The translations under genes and the position numbers were made by a program. A stretch of 62,006 nt of DNA, the filler included, from Coriobacteriales bacterium (lineage in GTDB: Bacteria; Actinomycetota; Coriobacteriia; Coriobacteriales; UBA8131): NCBI GenBank assembly GCA_031263105.1. It is 5 parts of 5 records of this genome, joined end to end, with 100 filler letters (N's around TTAATTAATTAA, not from the genome) between each part and the next. Parts side by side here need not be neighbours in the genome. Positions count along the whole stretch, not along the records: positions 52,570 to 62,006 come from JAISGJ010000150.1; 4 more parts are not named here. The stretch is one strand, 5' to 3'. Below the pieces are notes generated by a model that ran no database searches, had not been told where the DNA came from, and saw only the letters and a program-made list of their open reading frames with translations. Of the stretch, positions 58,868-62,006 are shown one piece after another. Every line of letters starts with the position of its first letter. Position 1 is the stretch's first letter.

Positions 58868-60253
58868 ATGACAGAACAGGGAACGAGGCAGGGCAGGTTC
58901 TTCTACGGATGGTGGATCGTGGCGGGGGGCTTCCTCATCATGGCCACCTGCTACACCATCTTCGTCAACTGCATACCGCTGTTCCAGGCGCATATCGTCG
59001 AGGACCTGGGCATCACCATGGGTGCCTTCAACACGGGCGTGTCGCTCTGCACCGTGGTGGCCATCTTCGCCAGCCTTGCCTTCGGCGCACTCGTGGACAA
59101 GGTCAGCGCGCGCGTCCTCGGCGGCGTCACCGTCATCACCACCTCGGTCGTTCTGGTGCTGTTCTCCTTCATCACGGAGATATGGCAGCTCTACGCCCTC
59201 TGCGTCGTCGCCGGCATGGTGGTGGTGGCCGGCACCCGGCTTCTGGCCAGCGTGCTGACCGCCAACTGGTTCACCCTGAAGCGGGGGCTGGCGGTCTCGA
59301 TCGCGCTCTCCGGCTCCGGCTTCGGCGGCGTGCTGCTCTCCCCTCTTACCAGCACCATCATCGTGAACTGGGGCTGGCGTCCGGCCTTTCTGGTGCTTGC
59401 GACCATCGCCGCCTGTGCCGCCCTTCCCATCGCGCTGGTGGCCTTCCGCAACCGTCCTGCCGACAAGGGCCTCGTCCCCTACGGCTCCGGTGAGACGGAG
59501 AAGGTCAGGCCCGACCGCTCGCCGGACGTCCCCGTCACCGTGTCCGTCGGCTGGAAGGTGCTGCGAACGAACAGCGGCTTCTGGCTCCTGATCCTCGGGT
59601 TCGTCGCCATGGGCATCGTCAACGGGGCCGTCATCACCAATTCCGTCTCCAATATGACCAGCGTCACCCTGAACGGCCACGAGGTCGTCACCGGCGGGCA
59701 CGATGCCATCTGGGCCGGGTATGTCTGGTCGCTGTACCTGGGCGTGGTCATCGTGGCAAAGATCGCGCTCGGTGCCATCTACGACCGCTTCGGCCTGCGC
59801 TTCGGCACCGTCGTCGGCACCGTTGCCTGCGCCGTCGCCGCCGTCGCGCTCTGCTTTCCGCAAAGCGACGTCGCGCCCCTCGTGGCCGCCGTGGCCTTCG
59901 GCTTCGGCACCTGCATGGGCACGGTCTCGCCTCCGGTCATGGTGGTGAAGGAGTACGGGAAGAAGGACCTCGGCCTGGTCACCGGCATCGTCACGGCCTT
60001 CGAGCTGTTCGGCGCGGCCGTGGGGGCGGTGGTCTCCGGCGTGTTCTTCGACGCCTTCCTCTCCTTCGTGCCCGCCTGGATAATGGCCCTGGCGGCGAGC
60101 CTCGTCATGGGCGTGACCCTGCTGGCCTCCGTCCCGGCCGCCCGCAACCTGGTGGACAGGCGCATCGCCGCCGGCGCCCCTCAGCTGGACGCCGAGGGCT
60201 TCGAGGTCGCCCCTGTCGAGAACGCGCCTATCGAGATCGTGCCTGGCGCCTAG
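58868..60253 (+). CDS. MFS transporter
   Basis: FFYGWWIV, GALVDK, NWFTLKRGLA, GAIYDRFG; about 12 TMs. Confidence 0.92.
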   Translation: MTEQGTRQGRFFYGWWIVAGGFLIMATCYTIFVNCIPLFQAHIVEDLGITMGAFNTGVSLCTVVAIFASLAFGALVDKVSARVLGGVTVITTSVVLVLFSFITEIWQLYALCVVAGMVVVAGTRLLASVLTANWFTLKRGLAVSIALSGSGFGGVLLSPLTSTIIVNWGWRPAFLVLATIAACAALPIALVAFRNRPADKGLVPYGSGETEKVRPDRSPDVPVTVSVGWKVLRTNSGFWLLILGFVAMGIVNGAVITNSVSNMTSVTLNGHEVVTGGHDAIWAGYVWSLYLGVVIVAKIALGAIYDRFGLRFGTVVGTVACAVAAVALCFPQSDVAPLVAAVAFGFGTCMGTVSPPVMVVKEYGKKDLGLVTGIVTAFELFGAAVGAVVSGVFFDAFLSFVPAWIMALAASLVMGVTLLASVPAARNLVDRRIAAGAPQLDAEGFEVAPVENAPIEIVPGA

Positions 60254-60384
60254 AAGTGCCGATGTATCCCGTCATTGCGAGCGAAGCGAAGCAATCCAGT
60301 CGGAGACCCGCAGGCCACGGATGGATTGCTTCGTCGCTTCGCTCCTCGCAATGACAGAAAGGGGATTAATCGGCACTTCTCTAG
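60250..60384. mobile_element. CTAG-ended element carrying a CGTC-type REP
   Basis: CTAGAAGTGCCGAT...ATCGGCACTTCTCTAG around CGTCATTGCGAGC...CTCGCAATGACA. Confidence 0.82.
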
Positions 60385-61499
60385 CCGACCGTTACGAGGT
60401 CATAGCTACGGGTGCCGATGCCGAGCTCCTCGGCGTGGACGAGCGAGACGACCCAGTCCGAGGAAGGGTTGATGGCATGCAGGTGGTCCGTCCCCTCTCC
60501 GTCGGAAGGGGCGGCGGCGTACTTCTCCGACAGGGCGCTGCCGGCGATGACCGGTTGCGCGTTGATGGCGTCCGCCACCGCCTGGTCCAGCGCAACGGGG
60601 TCCGACGACGCGAACATGCCCACGTTGGGCACCACGGGGGAATCGTTGCCGGCGAAGCAGTCGCACTGCGGGGTGACGTCTATGGCGACCGCCACATGCA
60701 GGCTCTGCGTGTTCCGCACGACGGCGGCCGCGTACTCGGCAATCTTCATGTGCATGTCCTCCCAGTTGCGGTTCCAGGCAGGATTGACCGCCTTCTGGGG
60801 ACAATAGCTGATGCAGTGGCCGCAGCCCACGCAGTTGCCGTTGATGAGGGCCTTGTGCCCAGCGATGTCGATGGCGGCATGGGCGCAGCTCTTCAGGCAT
60901 TTGCGGCAGCCGGTGCACTTCTCGGCGATGACGCTGGGCATGCCCTTCGAGTGCATGACCATCTTGCCTGCGCGTGAGCCGCAGCCCATGCCGAGGTTCT
61001 TGAGGGTGCCGCCGAAGGCCGCCGAGGCGCAGCCCTTGGCATGGGTGAGCGAGACGAGGACGTCGGCATCGAGGACGGTGCGGCCGATGCGCGCCTCCTG
61101 GACGTATGTGCCGTCCGGCACGGGGACCACCACCTCGTCGTCCCCGCGCAGCCCGTCGGCTATGACGACCTCGCAGCCGCAGGAGTCGTGGTTGAACCCG
61201 TTGAGCCGTGCGCATTCCAAGTGGTCGATAAGGTCGTTGCGCATGCCGATGTACAGGGTGCTGCAGTCGGTGACGAAGGGCTTGCCGGAAAGCCGCCTCA
61301 CCTCCTGGGCGATCGTCCGTGTGTAGGCGGGTCTGAGGAACGACACGTTGCCCTGCTCGCCGAAATGCGTCTTGATGGCGACGTACTTGCCCGAAAGGTC
61401 CATCCCCTCCAGGCCCGCCGCCGCCAGAAGCCTCCGCAGCTTCGCAGGCACGCTGTCGTCCGACGCCACCCGCATCGTCGTGAAGTACACCTGGGCCAT
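60381..61499 (-). CDS. DUF362 Fe-S protein with a 2x[4Fe-4S] ferredoxin insert
   Basis: VAIKTHFGE, GGTLKNLGMGC, CTGCRKC...C, CVGCGHC...CP, SSDPVALD. Confidence 0.9.
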   Translation of the reverse strand: MAQVYFTTMRVASDDSVPAKLRRLLAAAGLEGMDLSGKYVAIKTHFGEQGNVSFLRPAYTRTIAQEVRRLSGKPFVTDCSTLYIGMRNDLIDHLECARLNGFNHDSCGCEVVIADGLRGDDEVVVPVPDGTYVQEARIGRTVLDADVLVSLTHAKGCASAAFGGTLKNLGMGCGSRAGKMVMHSKGMPSVIAEKCTGCRKCLKSCAHAAIDIAGHKALINGNCVGCGHCISYCPQKAVNPAWNRNWEDMHMKIAEYAAAVVRNTQSLHVAVAIDVTPQCDCFAGNDSPVVPNVGMFASSDPVALDQAVADAINAQPVIAGSALSEKYAAAPSDGEGTDHLHAINPSSDWVVSLVHAEELGIGTRSYDLVTVG

Positions 61500-61526
61500 G
61501 CTCTCCTCCTTCACGCTAGCGCCTCC

Positions 61527-61694
61527 CTAGGGAGACGATGATCAAGCATTGTACACCGAATTCCGAGTCGATTTGCCCCGTCCCTGTTCGGGCGGGCGGC
61601 GGCACTACTCGCGGTAATGCCACCGTTCGCACGGGCGGGGACGGGGCAAATCGACCGGAAGGCGGTGTACAATGCTTGATCATCGTCTCCCTAG
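61527..61694. mobile_element. CTAG-ended MITE-like hairpin with a perfect 32-bp terminal inverted repeat
   Basis: CTAGGGAGACGATGATCAAGCATTGTACACCG ... CGGTGTACAATGCTTGATCATCGTCTCCCTAG. Confidence 0.9.
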
Positions 61695-61789
61695 GGGCAT
61701 GGGCCGGCTCCCCTGTCCGCATGGGCCGACCCTCTCTCCGCATGAGCCTCACACTCGGACATTATACCCGTTGCACGTGCCCTGCACAG

Positions 61790-62006
61790 GTTACATTCCG
61801 CACTCCCACTGTCCACCCCGGGCCCCGACCCCCCACCGCCACCCCGGGCCACCACCGCCACCCCGGGCCTGTCGAGGAATCCTTGATCGCGAAGCGACCA
61901 ACGGCAGGTCGGGGGGCCCTTCGACCTGCGGTCGACCGCGGGGGCGGGCGAGGGTTACGCGGCCGGCGCGGAATGACAGTGGGGGCCCGGGGGGGGGGGG
62001 GGGGGC
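61790..62006. repeat. GTTAC-family element (degraded, at window end)
   Basis: GTTAC..., CTGTCGAGGAATC, CCTTCGACCTGCGGTCGACC, GGAATGACAGTGGGGG. Confidence 0.75.

Overview
GC-rich bacterial sequence, most likely Coriobacteriia (inferred from gene content). It is five contigs joined by artificial 100-nt linkers (N-run + TTAATTAATTAA + N-run), so adjacency across the gaps is not biological. Coding content: BceAB-like ABC transporter, MMPL transporter, AlkZ-type glycosylase, Schlafen/AlbA_2-HATPase protein, RtcB, a vanB-like vanR-vanS-vanZ-vanY module with intact VanRB-type heptad boxes but no vanHBX, a capD-wzm-wzt-GT2 polysaccharide cluster, an S8 protease, serS, tRNA-Thr, a radical-SAM/DUF4130 repair pair with LexA-type boxes, several TA loci and a GntR(YtrA)-ABC operon. 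The most striking signal is non-coding. About 19 copies of a modular palindromic element (GTTAC...GTAAC ends, several with exact 8-bp target duplications, TGTC/CGTC-type REP cores) coexist with a CTAG-ended hairpin family and an AT-rich MITE that splits a gene, and no transposase is present in the window. An 11-bp tandem repeat also puts the C-terminal winged helix of the Schlafen-domain protein out of frame, which suggests phase variation. Protein calls come from motif recognition only; no database searches were run.
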